Source of the DNA: Gammaproteobacteria bacterium
GTDB taxonomy: Bacteria > Pseudomonadota > Gammaproteobacteria > Ga0077536
Reading direction: 5' to 3'
DNA: 64,000 bases
NCBI GenBank assembly: GCA_009692365.1
Contig: SHZJ01000020.1
Location: 561-64,560, forward strand
Shown here: in pieces, positions 18,242 through 27,901 of the stretch
Layout: every line of letters begins with the position of its first letter
Position numbering within the stretch: position 1 is the stretch's first letter
Program-made: the position numbers and the translations under genes
The notes under the pieces: model-generated
What the model saw: the letters and a program-made list of their open reading frames with translations, nothing else
What the model was told of the DNA's origin: nothing
Databases searched by the model: none

Positions 18242-19477
18242 TTGTCTCGTCGCGTCGTCATTACCGGCCTAGGTGTGGTTGCACCCAATGGCAACACAAC
18301 AGAAGCGTCGTGGCGTAATATTCTGGCCGGCAAAAGTGGCATCCGGGCTATTACCGCCTTCGATATTTCCAGTTTTAGCACCCGCTTCGGCGGGTCTATC
18401 ATCGATTTCGATGTGACCCAGTACATCAGCGCGAAAGAAGCGCGGAAAATGGACCCGTTCATCCATTACGGAATGGCGGCCGCCATTCAGGCGATGGAAG
18501 ATTCTGGTGCCCAAGTCACCGACGAAAATCGCCGCCGTATTGGTGTCCTGATCGGGTCGGGCATCGGCGGTCTACCGGGAATCGAGAAAGGCTATCAGGC
18601 CTTTCTGGACGGCGGCCCACGCAAAATCTCCCCGTTCTTCGTGCCCAGCAACATCATCAACATGATCGCCGGGAACCTGTCGATCAAATACGGCATCAAA
18701 GGTCCTAACTTCGCGCTAGTCTCGGCCTGCTCCACGGGCGCGCACTGCATAGGCTTAGCGGCCCGCATGATCGCCTCGGGGGAGGTCGATCTCATGCTCG
18801 CCGGGGGTGCCGAGAACGCCACCAGCCCCACGGGCATTGGGGGTTTTGCCTCAGCCCGCGCTCTGTCGACGCGTAACGATGATCCGGAAGCCGCCAGCCG
18901 ACCTTGGGACCAAGAGCGCGATGGCTTTGTGCTAAGCGACGGCGCGGGTGTGATGATGCTGGAGGACTACGCGCACGCGCACGCGCGCAGCGCCCCCATT
19001 TATGCCGAATTAATCGGCTTCGGTATGAACAGCGACGCCTTCCATATGACCTCGCCCTCACCCAACGGCGAAGGCGCGGGCGACTGCATGCGGCTAGCAT
19101 TGGACAATGCCCGCATCAATAAAGATGAGGTTGGTTACATCAACGCCCACGGCACCTCGACGCCGGCCGGCGATCAGGCGGAGACCGACGCGGTGAAGGG
19201 TCTGTTTGGGGACTTGGCCTACCAAATTCCCATGAGTTCTACCAAGTCGATGGTGGGCCATATGCTAGGCGCGGCGGGCGGCGTTGAGGCGATTTATACG
19301 GTGCTGGCGATTCGCGATGGCGTGCTGCCGCCCACCATCAACTACCATACCCCCGATCCGGAATGCGACCTTGACTATGTGCCCAATTTTGCACGCGAGA
19401 AAAAACTCGAAGTCGCGCTCTCCAATTCCTTCGGATTTGGCGGTACTAACGGGACGCTTATCTTCAAGCGAATTTAA
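18242..19477 (+). CDS. fabF: 3-oxoacyl-ACP synthase II
   Basis: 411 aa, TTG start, active-site Cys box ACSTGAH, His boxes HGTSTP and GHMLGAAG. Confidence 0.95.
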   Translation: MSRRVVITGLGVVAPNGNTTEASWRNILAGKSGIRAITAFDISSFSTRFGGSIIDFDVTQYISAKEARKMDPFIHYGMAAAIQAMEDSGAQVTDENRRRIGVLIGSGIGGLPGIEKGYQAFLDGGPRKISPFFVPSNIINMIAGNLSIKYGIKGPNFALVSACSTGAHCIGLAARMIASGEVDLMLAGGAENATSPTGIGGFASARALSTRNDDPEAASRPWDQERDGFVLSDGAGVMMLEDYAHAHARSAPIYAELIGFGMNSDAFHMTSPSPNGEGAGDCMRLALDNARINKDEVGYINAHGTSTPAGDQAETDAVKGLFGDLAYQIPMSSTKSMVGHMLGAAGGVEAIYTVLAIRDGVLPPTINYHTPDPECDLDYVPNFAREKKLEVALSNSFGFGGTNGTLIFKRI

Positions 19478-19492
19478 CCCTCGGCGCGCCGG

Positions 19493-20329
19493 GTGAGCAC
19501 GAGCATGAGCGTACTCGACGGCGTGCGCAGCGAATCCTTACCGCTCGGCGACTGGGGGCTGGCCTACGGCGACGGCCATTTCGAAACGCTCGCGGTGGTC
19601 GGCGGGATCCCGCCGCACGCGGCCCGCCACTTAGCCCGGCTCCGCGCGGGCGCGGCCCGCCTCGGCATTGCCTGTCCCCCCCACACCGCTTGGCAAGACG
19701 ACCGCGCCAAGAACATGCCCCCGGGCCGCAGGCGCTGGGTTGTTCAGCTCATCCTCACGCGCGGCGCGGGCGGGCGGGGCTATACCCCGGCCGCGAGTTC
19801 GCGTCGCATCGTGCAGATTTTCGACTGGCCGCTGTGGCCCGCCGACTGCGCGATGGCAGGCATCGAGACCGCGGTGTGCGTCACCTGCCTCGGGATTAAC
19901 CCCGGGCTGGCGGGCGCGACACACCTCAATCCTCTCGCGCAGGTGCTGGCCCGCGCGGAACTGTCTGCTGCCGGGCTCATCGAGGGGCTGATGCTCGACC
20001 AGGACGACCATCTGAGCGAGGGCACGCGCAGCAATGTTTTCGTGGGGCTGGGCGATTCGCTGCGCACACCGCAACTCGATCGCTGTGGTGTGGCCGGCAT
20101 TTTGCGCGAGATTATCCTGGAGCAGGCGGCAGAGGTGGGCATGGAGATTCTCGAATGCCGCCTCCCCGGGGCCCAATTGGGCCAGGCCACCGAAATATTC
20201 GGGTGTCACTCACTCATCGGCATTTGGCCGGTTCACCGCCTGCTGGGACCCTGCGTGCGCGAGTCTGAGGTCGGCCCGTTGACCCGCCAATTGCAGTTGC
20301 GGTTGGGCGGCTTGCAGAGTTCGCGGTGA
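19493..20329 (+). CDS. pabC: aminodeoxychorismate lyase (fold-type IV PLP enzyme)
   Basis: Class IV aminotransferase-like (EGTRSNVFV) in the fabF-pabC-mltG slot seen in Pseudomonas. Start uncertain (GTG 19493 or ATG 19505). Confidence 0.72.
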   Translation: MSTSMSVLDGVRSESLPLGDWGLAYGDGHFETLAVVGGIPPHAARHLARLRAGAARLGIACPPHTAWQDDRAKNMPPGRRRWVVQLILTRGAGGRGYTPAASSRRIVQIFDWPLWPADCAMAGIETAVCVTCLGINPGLAGATHLNPLAQVLARAELSAAGLIEGLMLDQDDHLSEGTRSNVFVGLGDSLRTPQLDRCGVAGILREIILEQAAEVGMEILECRLPGAQLGQATEIFGCHSLIGIWPVHRLLGPCVRESEVGPLTRQLQLRLGGLQSSR

Positions 20330-21348
20330 AGCGCCGCCACGCTTTTATGGTGGCCGGTGGCGGCGTTTTTTTGTTCAGTCTGGTGGCAGGCCTGTCTGCG
20401 GGCTGGTTCGCGCTGGCCCGCCATATGGACCAACCGCTGCCGCTGGCCACGCCGATCATTTTTGAAATCAACCGGGGCAGCTCGATGAGGACGCTGGGGC
20501 GAGAGTTTGCCCAGCGCGGCTTTATCCCGTATGCCTTCGAATTGCGGCTCGCAGCCGCGTTGCAGCGAGTCAGTACGCGCATTCAAGCAGGCGCCTATGA
20601 AATAGGTCCCACCGACACCCCCCGACTAGCGCTCCAGAAATTTGCTCAGGGGCGGGTCAAAATTTACGCAGTCACCCTGGCGGAGGGTCTCACTTTCGCC
20701 CAAATTCAGCACAAATTAGCGACGCTGCCCGGCCTGCGCCGGGAACTCAGCAGCGCGAGCGAGGCAGAAATAATGCGGCAGATTAGCGCTACGGAGGGGC
20801 CTGCTGAAGGGCGTTTTTTCCCCTCTACGTATTACTATCAGCACGACTCGACGGACTTGGCGTTATTGACGCGTAGCTATCATCGGCTCAACGAAATTTT
20901 GCAGCGCGAATGGGACCGGCGAGCCCCAGATCTGCCTTATCGCAGCGCTGAGGATGCGCTGATTCTGGCCTCCATCATCGAACGCGAGACGGGCGCTGCC
21001 GAGGAACGCGCGCAAATTGCCGGCGTTTTGATCCGCCGCCTACAGCGATCGATGAAGCTCCAGACCGATCCCACGGTCATCTATGGCCTAGGCAGCGCGT
21101 TTACCGGGCGGCTGCGACGGGCCGATCTGGACCACGATACGCCTTACAACACCTATACCCGCGCGGGTCTACCGCCAACGCCAATCTGCGCGCCCGGCGC
21201 GGCCGCGATCCAGGCGGCGCTGCACCCGGCTGCCGGTGATGCCCTGTATTTCGTGGCGCGGGGTAACGGCACGCATGTTTTTTCCAGCTCCCTGACCGCC
21301 CACAATGAGGCCGTGCGGACCTATCAGCTGGGAGCCCAGACACCATGA
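20326..21348 (+). CDS. mltG: endolytic murein transglycosylase MltG (YceG)
   Basis: N-terminal TM helix and a YceG-like domain with the catalytic region LILASIIERETG. Confidence 0.9.
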   Translation: MKRRHAFMVAGGGVFLFSLVAGLSAGWFALARHMDQPLPLATPIIFEINRGSSMRTLGREFAQRGFIPYAFELRLAAALQRVSTRIQAGAYEIGPTDTPRLALQKFAQGRVKIYAVTLAEGLTFAQIQHKLATLPGLRRELSSASEAEIMRQISATEGPAEGRFFPSTYYYQHDSTDLALLTRSYHRLNEILQREWDRRAPDLPYRSAEDALILASIIERETGAAEERAQIAGVLIRRLQRSMKLQTDPTVIYGLGSAFTGRLRRADLDHDTPYNTYTRAGLPPTPICAPGAAAIQAALHPAAGDALYFVARGNGTHVFSSSLTAHNEAVRTYQLGAQTP

Positions 21349-21971
21349 CGCTACGCGGAAAATTGATCACGCTGGAAGGCATTGAAGGCGTTGGGAAATC
21401 CACCCAATGTGAGTTTGTGGCGCAGACTCTGCGCGCCTTGGGCAAACGCGTGGTGACCACCCGGGAACCCGGTGGCACGACCTTGGGCGAGGCGATCAGG
21501 GGTCTGTTGTTGGACCCCAAGCTGCCTGCCATGGCTGCGCTGAGCGAACTCCTGCTGATGTTTGCCGCGCGCGCAGAGCACCTCGCGCAGGTGATCGAAC
21601 CGGCCTTGAGTGCCGGCGAGTGGGTGGTGAGCGACCGTTTTACCGACGCCAGTTATGCCTACCAAGGTGGCGGTCGAGGCTTGGCGCTGAGCACGATTGC
21701 GGCCCTAGAGGGCATTGTTGCGCAGGGTTTGCAGCCCGATCTGACGCTGCTCCTCGATGCGCCGGTGAGGGTCGCGCTAAGGCGCGCCCGGGCCCGCGCG
21801 CAGGCCGACCGTTTTGAGCTGGAACGGGCGCAATTTTTTGCGCGCGTCCGTCAGGCCTATCTCGACTTGGCGCAAGCTCACCCCGGCCGGTTCCGGGTCA
21901 TCGATGCCGTGCCCGCCGTCGCGCAGGTGCAGGCCGCCGTGCTGCAGGTGCTGAGGCAGCGGTTTCCATGA
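21345..21971 (+). CDS. tmk: thymidylate kinase
   Basis: P-loop ITLEGIEGVGKST and a DRF motif; start overlaps the mltG stop. Confidence 0.93.
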   Translation: MTLRGKLITLEGIEGVGKSTQCEFVAQTLRALGKRVVTTREPGGTTLGEAIRGLLLDPKLPAMAALSELLLMFAARAEHLAQVIEPALSAGEWVVSDRFTDASYAYQGGGRGLALSTIAALEGIVAQGLQPDLTLLLDAPVRVALRRARARAQADRFELERAQFFARVRQAYLDLAQAHPGRFRVIDAVPAVAQVQAAVLQVLRQRFP

Positions 21972-22957
21972 GCGCGCTCTGGCCTTGGCTGCAACCGGCC
22001 TGGCGACAGTTGCAAGAAAGTCGCCGCAGGGGGCAACTGGCGCACGCCATTCTGCTGCGCGGGCGCGCCGGTTTTGGCAAAGGCCAACTGGTCAGCGCGT
22101 TGGTGGCGTGGCTGCTGTGCGACCACACCGCGACGCGCGAGGAAGCGTGCGGCCAGTGCCGTGGCTGTACGCTGTTAGCCGCCGGTTCGCACCCAGATTT
22201 ATTGCGGCTGGCGCCCGTCGAGCCCGGCAAAGCTATCCTCATCGATCAGGTGCGCGAGCTCGAGGGTTATTTCGCGCTCAGACCACATTACGGCGCCACG
22301 AAGATTGCGGTGCTCGAACCCGCGGACGCCATGAACCGGGCGGCGGCCAACGCGCTGTTGAAAATTCTCGAAGAGCCACCGGCCGGCGCCTTACTGCTGT
22401 TGACGGCCGAGCGCGCCGAGCGACTACCCGCCACGGTGCGCAGCCGTTGCCAACAGCACGTGCTGGATCGCGGGCCGGCGGACAAAATATTAGCCTGGTT
22501 GGCCCAACGCGGCGGCGACCCCGGCGCCAACGCCGAGGCCCTCGCGCGCGCGGGCGGCAGCCCCCTGCGGGCCGTGGAATTTGCCGAGCCGGGCTTGGCC
22601 GACGCTATCGATAGGCTCCCAGAGTCGATGGCGAAGGTCGCCGCGGGCACACGCCACCCCCTGAGTGTGGCCGCGCAGTTCAGCAAAATGCCCTGGTTGG
22701 TCTTAGTGGACCAACTTCTCCGGCTGTGTCATGAGCTGCTGTTGTTAAAGTATCAGCTAGCGCTGCCGCTGGCCGAAGCAGGACGCAGGCAAAGCGCCGA
22801 CTTGCAACGCATGGCTAATGAACTAGACTCCGGACGGGTAGCGCAATTCGTCCAGAAGGCGCTGGACCTCAAGCAACTCAAACTGAGCTCTGCCAGCGCC
22901 CGCGAGTCAGATTTAGCCGAAGCAGTCTGGTTTGACTGGCGTTCCACCGGGCAGTAG
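21968..22957 (+). CDS. holB: DNA polymerase III delta' subunit
   Basis: HAILLRGRAGFGKGQL and a Zn module CGQCRGC; follows tmk. Confidence 0.88.
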   Translation: MSALWPWLQPAWRQLQESRRRGQLAHAILLRGRAGFGKGQLVSALVAWLLCDHTATREEACGQCRGCTLLAAGSHPDLLRLAPVEPGKAILIDQVRELEGYFALRPHYGATKIAVLEPADAMNRAAANALLKILEEPPAGALLLLTAERAERLPATVRSRCQQHVLDRGPADKILAWLAQRGGDPGANAEALARAGGSPLRAVEFAEPGLADAIDRLPESMAKVAAGTRHPLSVAAQFSKMPWLVLVDQLLRLCHELLLLKYQLALPLAEAGRRQSADLQRMANELDSGRVAQFVQKALDLKQLKLSSASARESDLAEAVWFDWRSTGQ

Positions 22958-23017
22958 ACACGCAGGGCCCCGCGCGACCATCGCTCGGCGGCCCTCTCAG
23001 CAGGCAGGAGTACCGCA

Positions 23018-23374
23018 TTGTCAGTTAACGGACAGAACACTCGCCAGGGCATTCTGTCGCTCACCATTCGGGACAAAAGCTCGCTGTACGCGGCGTATAT
23101 GCCGTTCGTCAAAAACGGCGGCCTGTTTATCCCGACGAACCGCGCGTACCGGTTAGGCGACGAAGTGTTCATGCTGTTGACGCTCACGGACAGCAAAGAA
23201 AAATTGCCGGTAGCGGGGCGCGTGGTCTGGATTACGCCCAGCGGCGCGCAGGGCGGACGTTCGGCCGGGATCGGGGTGCAGTTCAGTGAACTCGACAACG
23301 GCGCCACCCGCAATAAAATCGAGAATCAATTGGCCGGGGCGCTCAAATCGGAACGCCAGACCCACACGATGTAA
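23018..23374 (+). CDS. pilZ: PilZ domain protein (type IV pilus assembly PilZ)
   Basis: 118 aa, TTG start preceded by AGGAG, PilZ-like N-terminus (LSLTIRDKSSLYAAYMPFVKNGGLFIPT), position after holB as in Pseudomonas. Confidence 0.82.
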   Translation: MSVNGQNTRQGILSLTIRDKSSLYAAYMPFVKNGGLFIPTNRAYRLGDEVFMLLTLTDSKEKLPVAGRVVWITPSGAQGGRSAGIGVQFSELDNGATRNKIENQLAGALKSERQTHTM

Positions 23375-23407
23375 CGTGCCGATGGCCTCGCCGCCAGAAC
23401 GTTTGTG

Positions 23408-24202
23408 ATGAATACTGCCCTGCCTGCCCTGATCGACTCCCACTGCCACCTCCCGCTGCTGGAACGCGGCTTGGAAGAGGTACTCGGGGCGGCCGCCGAC
23501 AGTGGCGTCAGCCACCTGCTGTGCGTAGCGGTCGATTTAGAAACTTTCCCGGAGGTGCGGCGCTTAGCCCACGCTTATCCGCAGGTGTTTGGCTCGGTCG
23601 GGGTACATCCCAACAGCGATTTAGCCCGCATGGAACCCACGGTCGCGCAACTGCTGAGCTTGGCGGCGGACCCGCGCATCGTGGCGATCGGTGAAACCGG
23701 CCTAGATTATTTCCGTCAAAGCGGCGACCTCAGCTGGCAACACGCGCGCTTTAGAACCCATATCCAAGCCGCCATCGCCTGCGGCAAGCCCCTCATCGTG
23801 CATACCCGGGAGGCGGCGGCGGACACTATTCGGTTGCTGCGGGAGGAGGGCGCGGAGCGCGTAGGTGGGGTGATGCACTGCTTCGTCGAAGATTGGCCGA
23901 CCGCTCAGGCGGCGCTGGACTTAGGCTTCTACATCTCTTTTTCTGGCATCGTGACGTTTAAAACCGCCACCGCCCTGCAGGCAGTCGCGCGCGCAGTACC
24001 GCTGGCGCGTCTGCTGGTGGAGACCGACGCCCCCTGGCTGGCCCCGGTGCCCAAACGGGGCCGCCCGAACGAACCCGCTTATGTGCGCTATACGGCAGAA
24101 TTTCTCGCCCTGTTGCGCGGCGAGGACATCCTAACGCTGGCCGCAGCGACCAGTGATAACTTTTTCCGGCTGTTTTCGACGGCGCGGCCCACGGCCGCTT
24201 GA
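23408..24202 (+). CDS. TatD family metal-dependent hydrolase (YcfH-type)
   Basis: Motifs IDSHCHL, GETGLDY and ETDAP. GTG 23405 is an alternative start. Confidence 0.9.
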   Translation: MNTALPALIDSHCHLPLLERGLEEVLGAAADSGVSHLLCVAVDLETFPEVRRLAHAYPQVFGSVGVHPNSDLARMEPTVAQLLSLAADPRIVAIGETGLDYFRQSGDLSWQHARFRTHIQAAIACGKPLIVHTREAAADTIRLLREEGAERVGGVMHCFVEDWPTAQAALDLGFYISFSGIVTFKTATALQAVARAVPLARLLVETDAPWLAPVPKRGRPNEPAYVRYTAEFLALLRGEDILTLAAATSDNFFRLFSTARPTAA

Positions 24203-24221
24203 GGCGCGCGCACGCATGGCC

Positions 24222-24249
24222 TTGCAAGTTTATCGATGCACCCTAAAAT
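24222..24249 (+). promoter_or_regulatory. sigma70-like promoter candidate for the VOC-GFA operon
   Basis: TTGCAA (24222-24227), 16-nt spacer, TAAAAT (24244-24249). It lies about 100 bp upstream of the 24353 ATG and just after the tatD stop. Confidence 0.3.
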
Positions 24250-24352
24250 TGCCCGCAGCAGGCGTTTCTTGAGGCTCGGACGACTGTCCGGCTTGCGCGA
24301 TGCAACCATACCCCGCAACCTAGAGGCCTAAAGAGCCTGCGGAGAATGCGCC

Positions 24353-24766
24353 ATGCCGCTGTCCACCATCGACCATTACTTCGTTTTCACCAAAGACCTC
24401 GAGGCCTCGCGACACTTTTATGAAACGGTGCTCGGTTTCGCGGTGGGAGTACGCCCACCTTTCCCCTTTAAGGGCTACTGGCTCTATTTGGATGGTCGCC
24501 CGCGGGTGCATTTAGGCGAGGCCGAGTCCACGGCCGGTCAGGCGTATTACTCGGGCGAACCCGAGTCCACCCGCGCGGCGAACACGGGTAATCTCGACCA
24601 CGTGGCTTTTCAAGCCAGCGACTTCCCCAGCTTTCGGGCCCATCTGGATGGACTGAAGGTGGCCTATCGGCATCGCGAGGTGCCGCAGTTCAATATCCAA
24701 CAACTCTTTATTAAAGATCCGGATGGGGTAACTCTGGAACTCAATTTCCCCAATCCCGAGCACTGA
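24353..24766 (+). CDS. VOC (glyoxalase/bleomycin-resistance/dioxygenase) family protein
   Basis: 137 aa. The N-terminal IDHYFVFTKDLEASRHFYETVLGF and later LDHVAF pattern is typical of VOC modules. Confidence 0.78.
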   Translation: MPLSTIDHYFVFTKDLEASRHFYETVLGFAVGVRPPFPFKGYWLYLDGRPRVHLGEAESTAGQAYYSGEPESTRAANTGNLDHVAFQASDFPSFRAHLDGLKVAYRHREVPQFNIQQLFIKDPDGVTLELNFPNPEH

Positions 24767-24776
24767 GGCGCGCTAG

Positions 24777-25265
24777 ATGTTGCTGGAAGGCTCGTGTCAT
24801 TGCCAACAAGTGCAGTTTCGCTTGGAGTCGGCGCACCCCTATCCGTTTAACCTGTGCTATTGCTCCGTGTGTCGGAAGACCGCGGGCAGCGGCGGCTTTG
24901 GCATTAACCTCGGGGGCGCGGCGAGTTCCTTGGTCGTGACCGGCGCCGCGGGAATCGGGGTTTATCGCGCGCTGCTACCCGATCCCGTTTCAGGTGAACT
25001 CAGCCCTAGCCCCGCGGAACGCCGTTTCTGCCGGCACTGCGGCAGCGCGCTGTGGGTGTGGGACCCGCGCTGGCCGGACCTCATCCATCCGTTTGCCTCG
25101 GCCATCGACACCCCCCTGCCGACGCCGCCTGAACGGGTGCACCTCATGCTCGGGTCCAAAGCCTCGTGGGTGGTCGCCATGCCCGCAGCCGGGGACCAAA
25201 CCTACGCCGAATACCCGCCCGAGTCGCTTGCCGAGTGGCATGAACGGCTAGGCTTACAGGCTTGA
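24777..25265 (+). CDS. GFA (CENP-V / glutathione-dependent formaldehyde-activating) family protein
   Basis: Cys pattern GSCHC...CYCSVCRK...CRHCGSALW, characteristic of the GFA zinc sites. Confidence 0.78.
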   Translation: MLLEGSCHCQQVQFRLESAHPYPFNLCYCSVCRKTAGSGGFGINLGGAASSLVVTGAAGIGVYRALLPDPVSGELSPSPAERRFCRHCGSALWVWDPRWPDLIHPFASAIDTPLPTPPERVHLMLGSKASWVVAMPAAGDQTYAEYPPESLAEWHERLGLQA

Positions 25266-25566
25266 ATGGCGGGCCACCGGGTGAGAGATTTCCCGGCCAC
25301 GGCGCGCCGACGACGCCCGCCCGCGCGGGCTCGTCTAAGCGTACGGCTGGGCCGAGTTATGCTCACCGTTGGCCCGGCGAGTCCCGGCCGTTTGAGTGAG
25401 CCCAAGCATAGGCTGCCGGCACACCCCAAAACTTGGCGGTGCACGCGCCGCGCAGCCGCCGCCGCCTGCTTTGACTTGGGGCCTTGCCGCGCACTGTCGA
25501 CTCGCCAGCAGGCTGCTTTATCTGGGCTCTAAACACCCCTCGTCACGCACAGGAAACCCCCCGCAC

Positions 25567-26973
25567 ATGAGTCCGCCCTCCATCACCCAGCAACTTGCCG
25601 CGCGCGCCTGCGCCGTCTCTTTAGCAACGGCCCCAGCTGCGGTCCACACGCTTATCGGCCAATGCGTACTGGATTATTTAGGCGTGACCCTCGCGGGCGC
25701 GGCCGCGCCTGCGGTGCAATTGCTGCACGCAGAACTGCGCGAAGAAGGCGGTCATCCCCGCGCCGGCATCGTAGGTTCCACCCACCGTATGGGGCTGGCA
25801 CAAGCGGCGTTACTCAACGGCATGGCGGCCCACGCTTTAGACTACGACGATGTTAATTTCGCGCTGATGGGGCATCCCAGTGTGCCCATCCTGCCCGCAC
25901 TACTCGCGCAGGCCGAGTCCCTCAACGCCTCCGGCAGCGCCGTCATGCAAGCCTTTCTGGCCGGTTATGAAACGCAATGCCGCATCGGTTTGCTGGTGGC
26001 GCCCGGCCACTATGGAGCGGGCTTCCATGCCACCGCGACCATCGGCGCGATCGGTGCGGCGGTGGCCTGCGCACACCTCGGGCAGGCCACACCCAGCCAG
26101 ATGAGTCAGGCAATCGGCATCGCCGCGACGCAGGCGGCAGGCCTTAAAAGCATGTTTGGCACGGCTTGCAAGCCGCTGCACGCGGGACTTGCCGCGCGTA
26201 ACGGTCTGCTCGCGGCGCGGCTGGCACTGCGCGGTTTCGATTCTCGCCTCGACGTACTGGAATGCCCGCAGGGTTTCTGCGGCACCCACAGCACGGACTT
26301 TGATGCCGACGCCGCGCTGGCGGAGCCGACCGGGGGCTTCCACCTGCTCGCCAATCTTTTTAAGTACCATGCCTCTTGCTATGAGACACACGCCACCATC
26401 GAATGCGCCAGCTGGCTGCGGGACGAACACCAAATCCAGCCCCAACAGATCATCGCCGTAGAGGTCACGGTGCACCCCTATGGCGACCGAATCTGCAATA
26501 TTAGCGAGCCGGCAACCGGCTTGGAGGCTAAATTTAGTCTGCGCCTAACGGCCGCCATGACGCTGGCCGGGCTGGAAACGGCCGATCCGGCGGCCTTTAG
26601 TGACATCATGGTCACTACCCCGACACTGGTTGCTCTACGCGACCGCATTAGCATTAGCTTCAGCGAGCAGGTGGCTCCGGGGTGCGCGGAACTGCGGATC
26701 ATCTTGCGCGACCAGGAGGCGGTCCTTAGCACCCGCTATAACGCCGCGCTGCCGGCCCGAGATCTCGGGGCACAACACGATCGCCTGCAGGCCAAATTTT
26801 TGCGCATCGCGGCCCCAGTGCTGGGCGCCCCGCGCGCCGCGCTGCTGGCCAATACGGTGGCGAGTTTGGCCACGCAAACCACCCTGACAGAACTGGTGGC
26901 GCTGTGGGCGCCGGCCCCGCCGGAGCCCAGCTTCGGCACACTTTACGGCGCGACCGTGGAGCGCCCGGCATGA
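25567..26973 (+). CDS. MmgE/PrpD family protein
   Basis: About 468 aa from ATG 25567; the track ORF from 25396 adds an Arg/Pro-rich extension. PrpD-family hallmarks LDYLGVTLAG, HALDYDD and GFHATATIG. Confidence 0.82.
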   Translation: MSPPSITQQLAARACAVSLATAPAAVHTLIGQCVLDYLGVTLAGAAAPAVQLLHAELREEGGHPRAGIVGSTHRMGLAQAALLNGMAAHALDYDDVNFALMGHPSVPILPALLAQAESLNASGSAVMQAFLAGYETQCRIGLLVAPGHYGAGFHATATIGAIGAAVACAHLGQATPSQMSQAIGIAATQAAGLKSMFGTACKPLHAGLAARNGLLAARLALRGFDSRLDVLECPQGFCGTHSTDFDADAALAEPTGGFHLLANLFKYHASCYETHATIECASWLRDEHQIQPQQIIAVEVTVHPYGDRICNISEPATGLEAKFSLRLTAAMTLAGLETADPAAFSDIMVTTPTLVALRDRISISFSEQVAPGCAELRIILRDQEAVLSTRYNAALPARDLGAQHDRLQAKFLRIAAPVLGAPRAALLANTVASLATQTTLTELVALWAPAPPEPSFGTLYGATVERPA

Positions 26974-27851
26974 AGGTTGGATTCATCGGGGTAGGGGCGA
27001 TGGGCGTGTGCATGGGGCGCAACTTATTGCAGGCCGGGCATGCGGTGACGGTGTTCAATCGTAGCCCGGGACGCGCTGCGGCACTGGTGAGTGACGGCGC
27101 GGTGGTCGCCTCCTGCATTGAAGAGGCGGCAGCGCAAACCGTCGTCATCACCATGCTGGCGCACGATGCCGCCACCGAGGCGGTGGTTTTCGACAGCGGT
27201 TTTATTGCCGCCATGCCGGCCGACGGCGTCCATCTCTGCATGGCGACTATCAGCGCAGAATTGGCTCGGCGGCTAGCGCAAACCCATGCTCAGGCGGGGC
27301 GGGGCTATGTCTCGGCGCCCGTGTTTGGCCGGCCACCGGCCGCCGCTGCCGCACAGCTGTTCATCATTGCCGGCGGCGAACCGGCTGCCGTTGCGCTCTG
27401 TCAACCGGTGCTGGACGCGATGGGACAGCGGACTTATCACGTCAGCAATGCCCCCGCAGCGGCCAATGTTGTGAAAATCACCGGTAACTTCATGCTCGCC
27501 GCGATCATTGAATCCCTAGGGGAGGCCTGCGCGCTCACCCGCAGCTACGGCATTGCGCCCACGCAGCTCGTGGAAATTCTGACCAGCTCTATTTTTCCCG
27601 CACCGGCCTACAAAATTTATGGCGGCATTATCGCCAACGAAACTTTTGAGCCGCCGGGATTCACGTTAAGGCTGGGCCTGAAGGATATCCGGCTGGCCCT
27701 CGCGGCGGCCGATGAGAAAGAAATCGCCCTGCCGCTGGCGAGCCTCATTCGCGACAACTACCTCAAGGCGCTGACCCGAGGCTACGAAAATCTCGACTGG
27801 TCGGCGCTGGCGCTGGTGGCGCAGGAAGATGCGGGCTTGCCACGGCGCTGA
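26970..27851 (+). CDS. NAD(P)-dependent oxidoreductase, 3-hydroxyisobutyrate dehydrogenase-like
   Basis: MKVGFIGVGAMG Rossmann N-terminus, about 293 aa; ATGA overlap with the PrpD-like stop. Confidence 0.85.
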   Translation: MKVGFIGVGAMGVCMGRNLLQAGHAVTVFNRSPGRAAALVSDGAVVASCIEEAAAQTVVITMLAHDAATEAVVFDSGFIAAMPADGVHLCMATISAELARRLAQTHAQAGRGYVSAPVFGRPPAAAAAQLFIIAGGEPAAVALCQPVLDAMGQRTYHVSNAPAAANVVKITGNFMLAAIIESLGEACALTRSYGIAPTQLVEILTSSIFPAPAYKIYGGIIANETFEPPGFTLRLGLKDIRLALAAADEKEIALPLASLIRDNYLKALTRGYENLDWSALALVAQEDAGLPRR

Positions 27852-27901
27852 GCCGGCGCGCAGGCGACCAATGACCTAATAGATTTGAGCAAAGCAGCGT
27901 A

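Noticed and set aside
25396-25566. N-terminal 57-codon extension of the PrpD-like ORF, and analogous upstream extensions of the ORFs ending at 36359, 37434, 39927, 49119, 60619 and 55714
   Set aside because: The extensions are Arg/Pro/Ala-rich with no homology-like features. Internal starts have better RBSs or match the family-typical N-termini.
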